Below are positions 1-8,728 of a stretch of 55,667 bases of DNA, piece by piece. The notes beneath the pieces were generated by a model. That model was not told the origin of the DNA. It worked only from the letters and a program-made list of their open reading frames with translations, and did no database searches. The first letter of the stretch is position 1, and the number at the start of each line of letters is the position of its first letter. The stretch lies in UHGV virus genome UHGV-0228215; one strand, 5' to 3'. Source of the stretch: a virus. A program made the translations under genes and the position numbers.

Positions 1-94
1 CGCCTTGCTGTATTTGCACGTTAAGTCCTATACATCATATATTTATACATCATACTTCGCTGACATTCAGAGGCATGTCCCGCCCATTGAAATG

Positions 95-140
95 CTTTGG
101 GAGCAGAGGGTCGCGAGTTCGAATCTCGCCACCCCGACAA
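95..140 (+). tRNA. Partial tRNA 3' end (T-stem GCGAG / loop TTCGAAT / CTCGC, then acceptor 3' strand CACCCCG-A); probable prophage attachment-site core
   Basis: Read directly: canonical T-arm at 113-129 followed by a 7-nt acceptor strand and a discriminator base. No matching 5' acceptor strand (CGGGGTG) or D-arm upstream, so this is only the 3' portion. A tyrosine integrase lies immediately downstream. Confidence 0.5.
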
Positions 141-196
141 GGAGGGAAGACGATGTGTGTCAGCGGATTAAGAGAAATCTCTTTGCCCGCTGAGTT

Positions 197-1537
197 TTGT
201 CGTTTATGGTAAAAGGAAACGGATTTGCACCAGATTTGCAACAAAGCGGAACAAAACGGGTCACAAAGGCTCACTTCGCTTCTCCGCGCGTGCAAATTTT
301 GCAGCAGTCGATACGTAGCAGACTTACTAACCCTATGCTGGCAGTAAGCGTCATACTGGACAAGAGAAGACGGAAGAAGGACGGCACCTTCCCCGTCAAG
401 ATCCGCTACAGCTGGAAGGGGCACACCCTCTACTACAATACCGGGATCAGCGTGCGGGAGGATAACTTCCGGGACGGGCTGATCGTCGGCACCCGCACGG
501 CACGGATCTATAATGCCCTCCTCTCCGAGCGGGTGAAGGCGGTGGAGCTACTCCTGATCGATCACGAGGTGCGGCAGATGGATCACAGGGCGGTGAAAGC
601 GCTCGTGGACGAGACGCTCACTGAGGCGACCGAGCCGCTCACCGTGTCCGACGACCCGGCGAGCCTTGTCGCCGTCTATGAGGCGTACATGGAGCGTCCC
701 GTGTCTGAGAAGACGAAGACCTGTATGCGGGTGATGATGAGCAAGCTCTCAGGCTACACCGACACGAGCCGGCTCCTTGTGAAAGAGATCGACCTCGCCT
801 TCTTGCAGGACTTCCAGGACTACCTCACTCGTGACGGGCTCTCCGTGAACGGCATCGGCAACTACATGCGCAACCTCCGCACGCTTTACAACCTCGCCAT
901 CGACCGCGGCGTGGCGTCGCTGGAGGACTACCCCTTCCGCCGCTTCCGCATCAAGCGGGGGCGCACCCTGCACCGAGATCTGACGCTCCCCGAGCTGATC
1001 CGGATCCGCGACTACGACCCCGAGACCGAGTACACGGGGCGGAAGCCCCTCGCCTTTTGCCGGGACATGTTCATGCTCTCCTTCTACCTCTGCGGGCTCA
1101 ACATCGCCGACCTCGTGACGCTCACCGAGGAGGACGTGCGGGCGGGCTATATCAGGGTCTATAGGAAAAAGACCGCTGAGCCGATCGTCACGCTCCTCCA
1201 GCCCGAGGCTCTCGCCATCATCGAGAGGTGGAGGAAGGAGGGCGACCCGTACCTCACGCCCCTCCACTCCACCTACACCTCGCCCGTGCAGTGTGTCCGC
1301 AATATCAATGACGCCATGGCGGTGATACAAAAAGGTGTGACCAGCTACTACGCTCGTCACACCTGGGCGACACTTGCCGGCACCCTCGGCATCTCCCCCG
1401 CCATCATCAACGCCGCTCAGGGGCGCGTCCCCGAGGGTATGGCGGGCATCTACACCCACCTCCCGCAGGAGGTCATCGATGAGGCGAATAGGCGGGTGCT
1501 GGACTTAGTGAAAGGGGCGGCGGAGGCGACCGAGTAG
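197..1537 (+). CDS. int: Tyrosine site-specific integrase (phage integrase family); true start possibly the internal Met near 335
   Basis: C-terminal catalytic region carries the HTWAT...GxxxEGMAGIYTHL pattern (R..H..R..Y tyrosine recombinase signature). N-terminal region resembles the Bacteroides integrase SAM-like arm domain (KRRRKKDGTFPVKIRY). Adjacent to a tRNA fragment. Confidence 0.85.
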   Translation: MSFMVKGNGFAPDLQQSGTKRVTKAHFASPRVQILQQSIRSRLTNPMLAVSVILDKRRRKKDGTFPVKIRYSWKGHTLYYNTGISVREDNFRDGLIVGTRTARIYNALLSERVKAVELLLIDHEVRQMDHRAVKALVDETLTEATEPLTVSDDPASLVAVYEAYMERPVSEKTKTCMRVMMSKLSGYTDTSRLLVKEIDLAFLQDFQDYLTRDGLSVNGIGNYMRNLRTLYNLAIDRGVASLEDYPFRRFRIKRGRTLHRDLTLPELIRIRDYDPETEYTGRKPLAFCRDMFMLSFYLCGLNIADLVTLTEEDVRAGYIRVYRKKTAEPIVTLLQPEALAIIERWRKEGDPYLTPLHSTYTSPVQCVRNINDAMAVIQKGVTSYYARHTWATLAGTLGISPAIINAAQGRVPEGMAGIYTHLPQEVIDEANRRVLDLVKGAAEATE

Positions 1538-2020
1538 CCCAATCACCAGCAAGACAAGGGCGGCGATGGCGACCCCTATGCCGACCCGCCCCACGTCGTA
1601 CGTCAGCCGCTCAGCGGGCGAGGGGGTAGGCTGTGGCTCCTCCGCCGTCGTCTCCCCCGAGACGGACACCCCCGCTCCCGACCGAAGGAGCGACACCAGG
1701 TCGACCACCCGCACGCCCGAGAGGTATCTGTCCTCCGCCCCCAGCAGCACCACCTCCCGCTCTGTGATCGTGTCTCGGTGGAAGCGGTCCACCACCGAGA
1801 GCCTGTACCGCATCTTCGTCGTGTCCGTGAGGAGCGCCAGCCCCCGCCCGCTCACGCTCTCCCACACCGTGTCCCGTGCCGTGTAGGTCTGTGCCGATGT
1901 CTGCCGCAGCGGGCGAGGGGCACAGCCCACTAAGAGTAGGAGAAGGAGAAGAAGCCCCGCTACCTCACCGAGACGGTGATCTCCTCGCCCCGAAGTCTTG
2001 CACTCTCTAATATGTGCCAT
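1505..2020 (-). CDS. Lipoprotein with C-terminal transmembrane anchor (unimolecular spanin-like)
   Basis: N-terminal poly-Leu signal with lipobox LLLVGC and a C-terminal hydrophobic helix VGIGVAIAALVLLVIGLLG. This topology is typical of u-spanins. Lies at the end of a lysis-like cassette. Start codon uncertain. Confidence 0.4.
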   Translation of the reverse strand: MAHIRECKTSGRGDHRLGEVAGLLLLLLLLVGCAPRPLRQTSAQTYTARDTVWESVSGRGLALLTDTTKMRYRLSVVDRFHRDTITEREVVLLGAEDRYLSGVRVVDLVSLLRSGAGVSVSGETTAEEPQPTPSPAERLTYDVGRVGIGVAIAALVLLVIGLLGRLRRPFH

Positions 2021-2391
2021 AGCTTATCAAATGTAATGAGTGAATTAGTCAGCCGTCCCACCTGCGTATTCTCCCCCACGAGGATACAGCCGGCGGTGTC
2101 CTCGGCGGTATTGCCGGGGTGTATCAGTATGCCCTCAAATCCCGGCACGCCCTCCAGCCGCGGCAATCGCCCGCCATACTTCCGGTACTTCGGTCTACTG
2201 CCGAAGCGGGGCGAGCGGACATCCATCCGCACCCGGTACTCCCCCGCCGGTATCGCCGTACGGGCGTAGACCTTCACCCCACGGGGGCGTACCGTGTCCT
2301 CCAGCGTGTCACAGAGGTACGCCCCATCGACGTAGAGTCGCCCGATGGTGTAGGAGGGGCGTGGGGCGACCCGCTCTATCTTCAGTCGCAT
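1960..2391 (-). CDS. L,D-transpeptidase-fold (YkuD-like) protein, candidate peptidoglycan hydrolase / endolysin
   Basis: ILIHPGNTAEDTAGCILVGEN matches the His...Gly-Cys catalytic motif of L,D-transpeptidase / L,D-peptidase folds. Lies between a TM/coiled-coil protein and the spanin-like lipoprotein. Confidence 0.45.
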   Translation of the reverse strand: MRLKIERVAPRPSYTIGRLYVDGAYLCDTLEDTVRPRGVKVYARTAIPAGEYRVRMDVRSPRFGSRPKYRKYGGRLPRLEGVPGFEGILIHPGNTAEDTAGCILVGENTQVGRLTNSLITFDKLWHILESARLRGEEITVSVR

Positions 2392-2747
2392 GGCTTACTG
2401 CTGCTTCGCATCACGGAGAGCTCCTCGAGGACGCTCTTGAGCTGCTCCCGCAGTCCCTCCACCTCGTTCCTCAGCTTCTGCTGCTCCAGTCTCAGCCGCT
2501 TCAGCTCCCGCTCCTGCGTGAGCGCCTGCTCCTGCAGGTCCGCCTTCTCCGCTATCGAGGTGGCGTACTTCTCCGCCAGCTGCTCGATGATCTCATTCTG
2601 CTTCATCAGAGCCGTCCCCTGCGTGTCCATCGACGCAAGGAGCGCATTGGCGTCCTCCGCCTTCCTCTTCGACTTGCCGAAGAACCAGCCCACCACCGTG
2701 CCTACCGTGGTGATGACCAGCGTGATTAGTGTCGTGTCCATAGTCAT
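2382..2747 (-). CDS. Membrane-anchored coiled-coil protein (holin or i-spanin-like)
   Basis: N-terminal TM segment (LITLVITTVGTVVGWFFG), then a highly charged heptad-rich coiled coil. Directly downstream of the large terminase. Confidence 0.4.
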   Translation of the reverse strand: MTMDTTLITLVITTVGTVVGWFFGKSKRKAEDANALLASMDTQGTALMKQNEIIEQLAEKYATSIAEKADLQEQALTQERELKRLRLEQQKLRNEVEGLREQLKSVLEELSVMRSSSKPCD

Positions 2748-2753
2748 TACATA

Positions 2754-4862
2754 TTAGTTAGGTATAAATATCCTCCGCTCCCCTATCTGCCGCCCCGGGA
2801 CGATCGCCCTCGGCGGCTCCATCTCGTACGCCACGTAGAGGGCGAGCATCGTCGCCATCACCCGGTCATCGTGCCCGCCCGCCACCGCCCCCATGGAGCC
2901 GTCCGGCTTCGTCTCGTACGCCCGCACCTCGTCCAGCGTCCCCGCGTCCCGCTCTACGTAGCCCCCCTCGCGGAGGAGGGCGCGAAAGGTATTGACGAGA
3001 ATGGGCTTCGTGGAGCGGTTCGTCTGCCAGCCGTAGCGACGGGGGAAGCCCTCCCGGATCTTATCCGCCGGGGTGCGGGAGTAGAGGTTGTCGTAGTAGC
3101 GGGCGATGGTGTCGAAGATAAACTCTCCGTCGTCCCCCCGATAGCTGCTGTCGTACGTATTCGACTCGATCACTAAGAGGGCGCACTCGTACCAAGTGGC
3201 TATCTGCACCGCCACCCACGCCGTCACGTCCTTGTCGAGGTGTCCGTAGAAGAGGGCGACCACCTCCGGCACCTCCCCCCGAGCCATCGGCTCTCGGTCC
3301 AGCACCTTGATCACCCCGTAGTCCGCCCCCTCCGACACGCCCCTCTGTGGGTCAAAGGCGACGACATAGCGATCCCGCATCCTCGGCTCAGTCGAAGGCT
3401 CCGCCCACACCTGCAGCCGCCCCAGCCCCGCCCTCAGGCGGTCCCGCTCCGTCCCCTCCTTCAGCAACCTAAGCGCCTCCTTGTCCGGCACGAAGTGAAG
3501 CCCCCTCAGCACCCCGTCACGGGCCCGCGGATCCGAGACTGCCAGCCCCGGCTCCACATCGCCCACGAGATCGCCCACCATCACGGGCGGACGGCACGCC
3601 CCTCTCAGCCGCTCCACGTCCTCCACCCGGAAGACGGGCGAGCCGGACGAGAGGAACGCCTCCACGTCGTCCGAGGGGAACTCCTGCCGCATCTTAGAGC
3701 GGTCGGTGAGGGTGTTGTACTTCGCCCGGTACCAGTTCAGGTTCTCCAGAGTGCAGAGGGGATGGTTCTCAAATAGCCCCCGCTCCCACTCCGTCAGCGT
3801 CTCTGCGAAGTCCTCTGCCGTCCCCCTCACCGGCTCGGGGTGGTCGTAGAGGTAGAAGGTCCCGTCCAGTGGCACCTCGTAGATCGGCAGCTCATACCAG
3901 GCGGCGAAGAAGGGGACGTACGCCGTCTCGCCCCGCTTCGCCCTCTGCCACTGGTCGTGGAAGAAGCCCCCCACGCCATTCGCCGTCGACTCCCTCACGA
4001 TCATCGTCTCGCTGACGGTGGGGATGGAGGCGATGATCGAAGTCTCCAGCAGCCCCGGATTATTCGCCTCCGTGGTCGGGTAGTACGCCTCCTCGGAGAA
4101 GTGAACCATCTTCACATCCTCGCCTCGGACGGAGTCCGGATTGAGTGCCGTGCCGACGGTGATCGTACAGCCCCGCTCCGGTACCTGCTTCGTCGACTGG
4201 GTGCCGGCGTAGGGGGCGTAGGAGAAGGTCTTCCCCATCAAGGGCGGCATCCCCTTCAAGCACCCCTCGTACATCGCCCGCACCTTAGCCGCCTGGGACA
4301 GCTCGTGAGCACAGACGACAGAGTTCCAATTCTCCCGCACGCACATCTGGATCCAATTCATGTACATCTGTACGGCGGTGGAGAAGCCCATCTGTCGCGC
4401 CTTCAGCACCATCACCCGGATCTGTCGTCCCGTCTTCCGCTGCCGCTCCAGCTCGGCGATGAGCCGTTGCTGCGGGGGATTGAGGACAAAGCGGACCCGT
4501 CGCCCCGACTCCTTGTCCCGTATCGTCTGGTGCGACACGGCGTAGTACTCATAGTCGTACTTGCACCGCTTGTCCGAGAGGTAGAGGAGGAAAGCCTTCG
4601 CCCCCTTCGTCCCCTTAGAGCAGCCCGAGGGCAGGCTCCGCGCGATCTTGCCGATGTCACAGCCGTGGCTCCTTATATACTCCACGACAGGCAGCTCCTC
4701 CATCTCCACGGGGAGGAAGAGCGTCTCGGGGTGCCCCTTGGGGACACCCTTGAGCGGAAGCGAAAAGCGATCGCCGACACAGCCCTCTCCCGTGATCGGG
4801 TCGTGCCGGCGACGCTTCTCGTCCGCCCGTCGTGCATTCTCGGTGAGGATCGCTGACGACAT
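2754..4862 (-). CDS. terL: Terminase large subunit (ATPase + RNaseH-like nuclease)
   Basis: ATPase motifs VLKARQMGFST (Walker A-like) and MVHFSEEAY (Walker B). C-terminal nuclease motifs VVAFDPQRGVSEGADYGVIKVLD, VIESNTYDS and AGGHDDRVMA, typical of terminase nuclease domains. ATG at 4860-4862 verified. Confidence 0.85.
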   Translation of the reverse strand: MSSAILTENARRADEKRRRHDPITGEGCVGDRFSLPLKGVPKGHPETLFLPVEMEELPVVEYIRSHGCDIGKIARSLPSGCSKGTKGAKAFLLYLSDKRCKYDYEYYAVSHQTIRDKESGRRVRFVLNPPQQRLIAELERQRKTGRQIRVMVLKARQMGFSTAVQMYMNWIQMCVRENWNSVVCAHELSQAAKVRAMYEGCLKGMPPLMGKTFSYAPYAGTQSTKQVPERGCTITVGTALNPDSVRGEDVKMVHFSEEAYYPTTEANNPGLLETSIIASIPTVSETMIVRESTANGVGGFFHDQWQRAKRGETAYVPFFAAWYELPIYEVPLDGTFYLYDHPEPVRGTAEDFAETLTEWERGLFENHPLCTLENLNWYRAKYNTLTDRSKMRQEFPSDDVEAFLSSGSPVFRVEDVERLRGACRPPVMVGDLVGDVEPGLAVSDPRARDGVLRGLHFVPDKEALRLLKEGTERDRLRAGLGRLQVWAEPSTEPRMRDRYVVAFDPQRGVSEGADYGVIKVLDREPMARGEVPEVVALFYGHLDKDVTAWVAVQIATWYECALLVIESNTYDSSYRGDDGEFIFDTIARYYDNLYSRTPADKIREGFPRRYGWQTNRSTKPILVNTFRALLREGGYVERDAGTLDEVRAYETKPDGSMGAVAGGHDDRVMATMLALYVAYEMEPPRAIVPGRQIGERRIFIPN

Positions 4863-4877
4863 CGGGCGGTGGGTGCC

Positions 4878-5357
4878 TTAGTTTATCTCACTGCCACCCG
4901 TCTCCTTGCCCGGCTCGGGGTTCTTCGGCTCCGTGTGCGCCGAGGGATCGGGGCACTTGGCGTCCTTAGCGGGATCCCACTTCTCGAAGGTGACGGCGCG
5001 GAGCCGCTCCTTCATGTCGAGCGAGGGGGTGTAGCGGACGTTGACCTTGCGGATGTTGTCCGCCGTGTACTTGTCCCCCGTCGGCACCGCCTTGGCGGAG
5101 AGCCTTGGGGTAAGGGTGCCGAGGTCTCCGAGGCTGACGGAGTAGCCCATCGTGGCGTAGCGGATGGCGATCTCGGAGAGGTGCGTCAGCACGCTCTCCA
5201 CGTCTCCCCGCCCGAGGGAGGTGATGTCGGCGATCTCCCTCGCCAGCTGGCTGAGGGTCACCTTGCCGAGATTCACCTGGCGGGCGACCTGGCGGGTCTG
5301 CCTCGATCCGTCCTTGGTGATGACCTTGCGGTCGGTTACTGTGTACTTAAGTGCCAT
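4878..5357 (-). CDS. Bacteroidetes-type HU-family DNA-binding protein; positional candidate for small terminase subunit
   Basis: HU-like core (LSQLAREIADITSLGRGDVESVLTHLSEIAIRYATMGYSVSLGDLGTLTP) with a basic/Pro-rich C-terminal extension. Ends 15 nt upstream of terL. A 22-bp repeat array lies immediately upstream. Confidence 0.55.
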   Translation of the reverse strand: MALKYTVTDRKVITKDGSRQTRQVARQVNLGKVTLSQLAREIADITSLGRGDVESVLTHLSEIAIRYATMGYSVSLGDLGTLTPRLSAKAVPTGDKYTADNIRKVNVRYTPSLDMKERLRAVTFEKWDPAKDAKCPDPSAHTEPKNPEPGKETGGSEIN

Positions 5358-5382
5358 AGTATTTTTATGTAAATGTGATTAG

Positions 5383-5470
5383 TGAAATCCGTTGTGTGAA
5401 ACGGGAAAATCCGTTGTGTGAAACGAGTAAAACCGTTGTGTGAAACGAGTAAACCCGTTGTGTGAAACCA
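5383..5470. repeat. Tandem array 1: 4 x 22-bp direct repeats, unit CCGTTGTGTGAAACGAGTAAAA
   Basis: Read directly. Unit starts at 5389, 5411, 5433 and 5455 (22-bp phase). Intergenic between the fibre-like gene and the HU-like gene. Confidence 0.9.
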
Positions 5471-5475
5471 TTTCG

Positions 5476-6516
5476 TCACTTCTCCGAGGGGGTCAGATCC
5501 TCCTTGAAGAGTGGATACTCAAGGGTGCTGTCCGACCCGTCCTCTAAGTGGAGCGTGACGGTGACGGGCGTCTCGAGCGTGTTGGCGGCGTCTGTCGAGA
5601 GAAGCAGCTCCCGCTTCGCCTCATCCACGCTCTCCACGACCACCCGCTCGTCCGAGCCGGTGACCGTCCACGGCACATCGGGATCGATCACCTCATTCCC
5701 CCACAGATCCCGCATCTCGATGATCAGTCTCAGGCGGACGAGGCGGCGGGACTTGTCGTCCGAGAGCCCGGCGTCCACGGCAGGGTAGGTGCGGCCTCTG
5801 TAAGTACCCTTCCTACCCTCCTGCGTGACCCTGACGCTCCAATTCGTCTTGGAGTCGCCGGAAAGCGACAGAATGACGTCCCCGCTGCGCTCCTTTGCCG
5901 ATCTATTCTTCTCGCAGTTGATGTGCAGCTGCTTTCCCACGACGGAGGCGTGGAGCCATTCGTAGGTCTCCTTGCTGTCGTATCTGACGATGAGATCCTT
6001 GTAGAGGGCGTTCTTCAGGACGATGTCGAGGGTCTGCTCCTCTCCTCCCTCGTAACTCATCCGGACGGGCTTTGGGGAGATCCGCAGGTAGGTGCCTGCC
6101 TTGATGGTGTATGGGAGGGCAAAGGTCTCTCCGCTCTCCTCTTGGACGAAGCGGACGACAACGTCATAGACAGTCGGATGTTCCGGATCGGGCTCCATGG
6201 TGGCGGTGTCGAAGAGGACATTGAAACTCCCCTCGCCGCTTGCCCCGATGGTCACAGGCTCGCCGTTGACGGAGCAGGGGACGGGGATGACGGTCTCGTC
6301 ATTGCCGACGGTCTTGTAGGACTTGATCGAGCCCGAGACGAGGAGCTGGGCATCTCCATCACTATGGTCGCTCCTCGTATAATAGTTGCTCGCATCGAAT
6401 ACATACTCCGGCACGGGGACGGGCTGCTGCTCGACCTTTACGTCGAGGATCCTGCCGGCCTTGTCCTGCACGAGGCGGAGGATCGTTTCTCTCTTCTCGC
6501 TCATGGTCTTACTCAT
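5476..6516 (-). CDS. Tail fibre / receptor-binding-like protein with Ig/BACON-like beta domains (probable start MSEKRETIL at 6504)
   Basis: N-terminus MSEKRETILRLVQ is shared with the two downstream paralogs. Beta-rich Ser/Thr/Gly-rich segments throughout. Lies in the tail/decoration block. Confidence 0.45.
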   Translation of the reverse strand: MSKTMSEKRETILRLVQDKAGRILDVKVEQQPVPVPEYVFDASNYYTRSDHSDGDAQLLVSGSIKSYKTVGNDETVIPVPCSVNGEPVTIGASGEGSFNVLFDTATMEPDPEHPTVYDVVVRFVQEESGETFALPYTIKAGTYLRISPKPVRMSYEGGEEQTLDIVLKNALYKDLIVRYDSKETYEWLHASVVGKQLHINCEKNRSAKERSGDVILSLSGDSKTNWSVRVTQEGRKGTYRGRTYPAVDAGLSDDKSRRLVRLRLIIEMRDLWGNEVIDPDVPWTVTGSDERVVVESVDEAKRELLLSTDAANTLETPVTVTLHLEDGSDSTLEYPLFKEDLTPSEK

Positions 6517-6799
6517 TCTTAGTGGTGGTGATGGTCAGCTCGCCCGTACCCTCGCCGGAGATGGAGAGCCAGTCGGGGAGGTCAGCCTTATTGGATACCG
6601 TCCAGCCGGTGGCTGCGCCGTTGATGGTGGAGGTGACGGTGGAGGACTTGGAGCCTCCGCTGTAGTCGAAGTCGAGGGTGTCCGGGTCAGCCTTGAAGAC
6701 GACCACGTCCGGTGCCTTTCCCTGCGTGGCAAGGATGGTCTCCTCCTCGCCGGTCTCCGTCTGACGGAGGTGGATGGTGAATTGTCTTTTCTCGCTCAT
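6509..6799 (-). CDS. Small BACON-domain protein (virion decoration / adhesin-like)
   Basis: MSEKRQFTIHLRQ N-terminus, then DPDTLDFDYSGGSKSSTVTSTINGAATGWTVSNKADLPDWLSISGEGTGELTITTTKNE, which fits the BACON domain pattern. Confidence 0.55.
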   Translation of the reverse strand: MSEKRQFTIHLRQTETGEEETILATQGKAPDVVVFKADPDTLDFDYSGGSKSSTVTSTINGAATGWTVSNKADLPDWLSISGEGTGELTITTTKNE

Positions 6800-6834
6800 A
6801 GTGATGTTGTGTTATTGGTTATTGGTGAATGGTG

Positions 6835-7314
6835 TTATACTCTGTCGCTGATCTCGACGCTTATCCTTGGGTTCTCCCCCAGCGTGGCGATCATTTCTGC
6901 AGTGTCCGCATAGTGCGTCTCTGACAGCTCTGTCCACTCCGAACCGACCCAAAGCAGGACGCATCGCTTGGGTAGTGTCGTGTTATTCTTCAGTACGATA
7001 TTCGTTGCTTCAGGGGGGATGACCCGACTGTCCTCCAGCGAGCCTGTTTCCGTCGGGATGTCAGCAAGCTTTCCATCGAACGGAACGTACACGTCCTTCC
7101 CGTTAAGTGTGTAGGAGATCCCTATGCTCCAGCCCCAGTCCTGTATGTGTGCGTTTACGCTGTGGTAGAAGGCTCTGAGTCCGAGTGTGACGGGCTTCTT
7201 TGGCTCAGGGGGCGGCGGGGTGACCGCCTTCCCTCTCTGCGTGACGTGGACGCTTGCGGTGCGCCCGCTCAGTGCCTGCAGGAGCTGCAGGGTGTACTCT
7301 CTTTTCTCACTCAT
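6835..7314 (-). CDS. MSEKR-family virion protein paralog (fibre/decoration)
   Basis: MSEKREYTLQLLQ N-terminus shared with neighbours. Pro-rich linker PPPPEPKKP followed by a beta-rich domain. Confidence 0.4.
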   Translation of the reverse strand: MSEKREYTLQLLQALSGRTASVHVTQRGKAVTPPPPEPKKPVTLGLRAFYHSVNAHIQDWGWSIGISYTLNGKDVYVPFDGKLADIPTETGSLEDSRVIPPEATNIVLKNNTTLPKRCVLLWVGSEWTELSETHYADTAEMIATLGENPRISVEISDRV

Positions 7315-7621
7315 AGTCTTCTGTCTCTCTAAGGGTTATCGTGTCGTAGCCGTCGGGGTGGTGCGTGATCTCGGCGGAGAGCCAGCGGGGGAGCGCCCCG
7401 AGGTCGCGGATGGTGAAGTCCACCTTCTCGTCCCGCTCGCCCTGCACGTGGCGGAGGCTGCGGACGAGGAGGCGAACCTCCCGTCCCTCCTCCAGATCGA
7501 CCTCCCTCGGGCTGACGGTGAAGGTGTAGGTCGGCTCCTGCTGTCTCGTCGCGGAGCCAAGATCAACGAGCCGCTTGACGAGCCCGCTGATCCAAGTGAT
7601 GATTCTCTCGATTACTGTCAT
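7307..7621 (-). CDS. Small BACON-like domain protein
   Basis: FTVSPREVDLEEGREVRLLVRS...WLSAEITHHPDGYDTITL resembles the BACON/Ig-like pattern. Confidence 0.35.
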   Translation of the reverse strand: MTVIERIITWISGLVKRLVDLGSATRQQEPTYTFTVSPREVDLEEGREVRLLVRSLRHVQGERDEKVDFTIRDLGALPRWLSAEITHHPDGYDTITLRETEDYE

Positions 7622-7641
7622 AGTGATTGTTGTGTGATTGA

Positions 7642-8721
7642 TTAGTTATCCAAGACGACCTTGACATTGAATCCGCCGTGCATGCCGCAGTTCTCCGACC
7701 GACCTACGCTGACGTAGAACTCCGTCGGGTCGCCCTTGTGCCAAGTGACGATGATCTTGTCGCCCTTCAGCTCGGCGCTCGGTCCGTCCAGATCGAGTAT
7801 TACTACACTCAGGGAGGGGTTAGCGACGTCCGGAATCTCCTCCTCGTTGCCGGTCTCCTTATTGTCCCGTGTCATAAAGGTCGTCACGCCGACCTCACCG
7901 GTCAGCTCCGTTGAGTCGGCAGAGCCGTGCAGAGTCAGGGTGTTGTGCTCCAGTCCAGAGAGCTTGAATCTGTGCATTCCATAGGGACAGAAGTCCGTAT
8001 CTCCACCCGGCTTGTCATCCCCTCCTGGGTGCCATGGGTCGTTGGTCCCCTTGCCTGGCTTGGAGCCGTCGGTGGTGATGTAGACGTGCGACTTGTCCGT
8101 GGAGACGGTAGCCCAGTCGGGGTAGTCGGCGAAGTCGTCCGTGATCGTCCACGGCTGCTCCGGGACATCCTTGACGATGGAGGTGATGACAGAGGTGTAG
8201 ACTTTCTTGTCCTCCGTCACCTCGTGCCGGTCTGGCTCGGCGAGGAAGAGCGTCTTCTTCTCCGGCTTAGGCTCAGGGTCGGGGTCAGGCTTCGGCTTAG
8301 GCTTCGCTCCGCCCTCGACGGCATCGGCGATGCGCTCCAGCTCGTCGCCGATCTTCTTCAGCTTCGCCTGCAGCCCGGCGCAGCAGGTGTTCTCTGCCGT
8401 GAGCATACGCTCCAGCACGGCGACAAGCCCCTTGTCACCCTCGGAGAGCTTCAGGGAGATCTCTAAGAGCCCTTTCTCCACCGCACGGGCGAGGAGATCC
8501 CACGCCATGCCGTCGTAGATGATGTGGACGTTGTGATTCTTGTCCACCACATAGATCGCCGTGTGCGCCCGGCAGTCGTCGTCGAGGAGGTAGACCCCCT
8601 CGGGGTAGCAGTGGTAGGTGGGATCAAAGGTGGTCACCTTGTGGATACGCCCCATGCGCTCCTTCGGTGTCCACATCTTGAGGTACTCCTCCAGCCACTG
8701 AGTGTTGTTTATCTCTGCCAT
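7642..8721 (-). CDS. Tail fibre / structural protein with KP/DP-rich linker
   Basis: Central low-complexity linker AKPKPKPDPDPEPKPEKK between two globular halves. Lies in the structural block. Confidence 0.35.
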   Translation of the reverse strand: MAEINNTQWLEEYLKMWTPKERMGRIHKVTTFDPTYHCYPEGVYLLDDDCRAHTAIYVVDKNHNVHIIYDGMAWDLLARAVEKGLLEISLKLSEGDKGLVAVLERMLTAENTCCAGLQAKLKKIGDELERIADAVEGGAKPKPKPDPDPEPKPEKKTLFLAEPDRHEVTEDKKVYTSVITSIVKDVPEQPWTITDDFADYPDWATVSTDKSHVYITTDGSKPGKGTNDPWHPGGDDKPGGDTDFCPYGMHRFKLSGLEHNTLTLHGSADSTELTGEVGVTTFMTRDNKETGNEEEIPDVANPSLSVVILDLDGPSAELKGDKIIVTWHKGDPTEFYVSVGRSENCGMHGGFNVKVVLDN

Positions 8722-8728
8722 AGTTTCG

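Noticed and set aside
749-1459. 236-aa minus-strand ORF inside the integrase gene
   Set aside because: Antisense to a motif-supported integrase. Gly/Val/Asp-rich shadow ORF.
3840-4856. 338-aa plus-strand ORF inside the terminase gene, plus other plus-strand ORFs at 2871-4881
   Set aside because: Antisense to the motif-verified large terminase. Composition typical of GC-rich shadow frames.
5548-6522. 324-aa plus-strand ORF antisense to the fibre-like gene, and 8866-9486 / 9534-10022 minus-strand alternative-frame ORFs
   Set aside because: Overlapping shadow frames with Arg/Gly/Pro-rich low-complexity translations. The retained frames have conserved N-termini and start-codon context.
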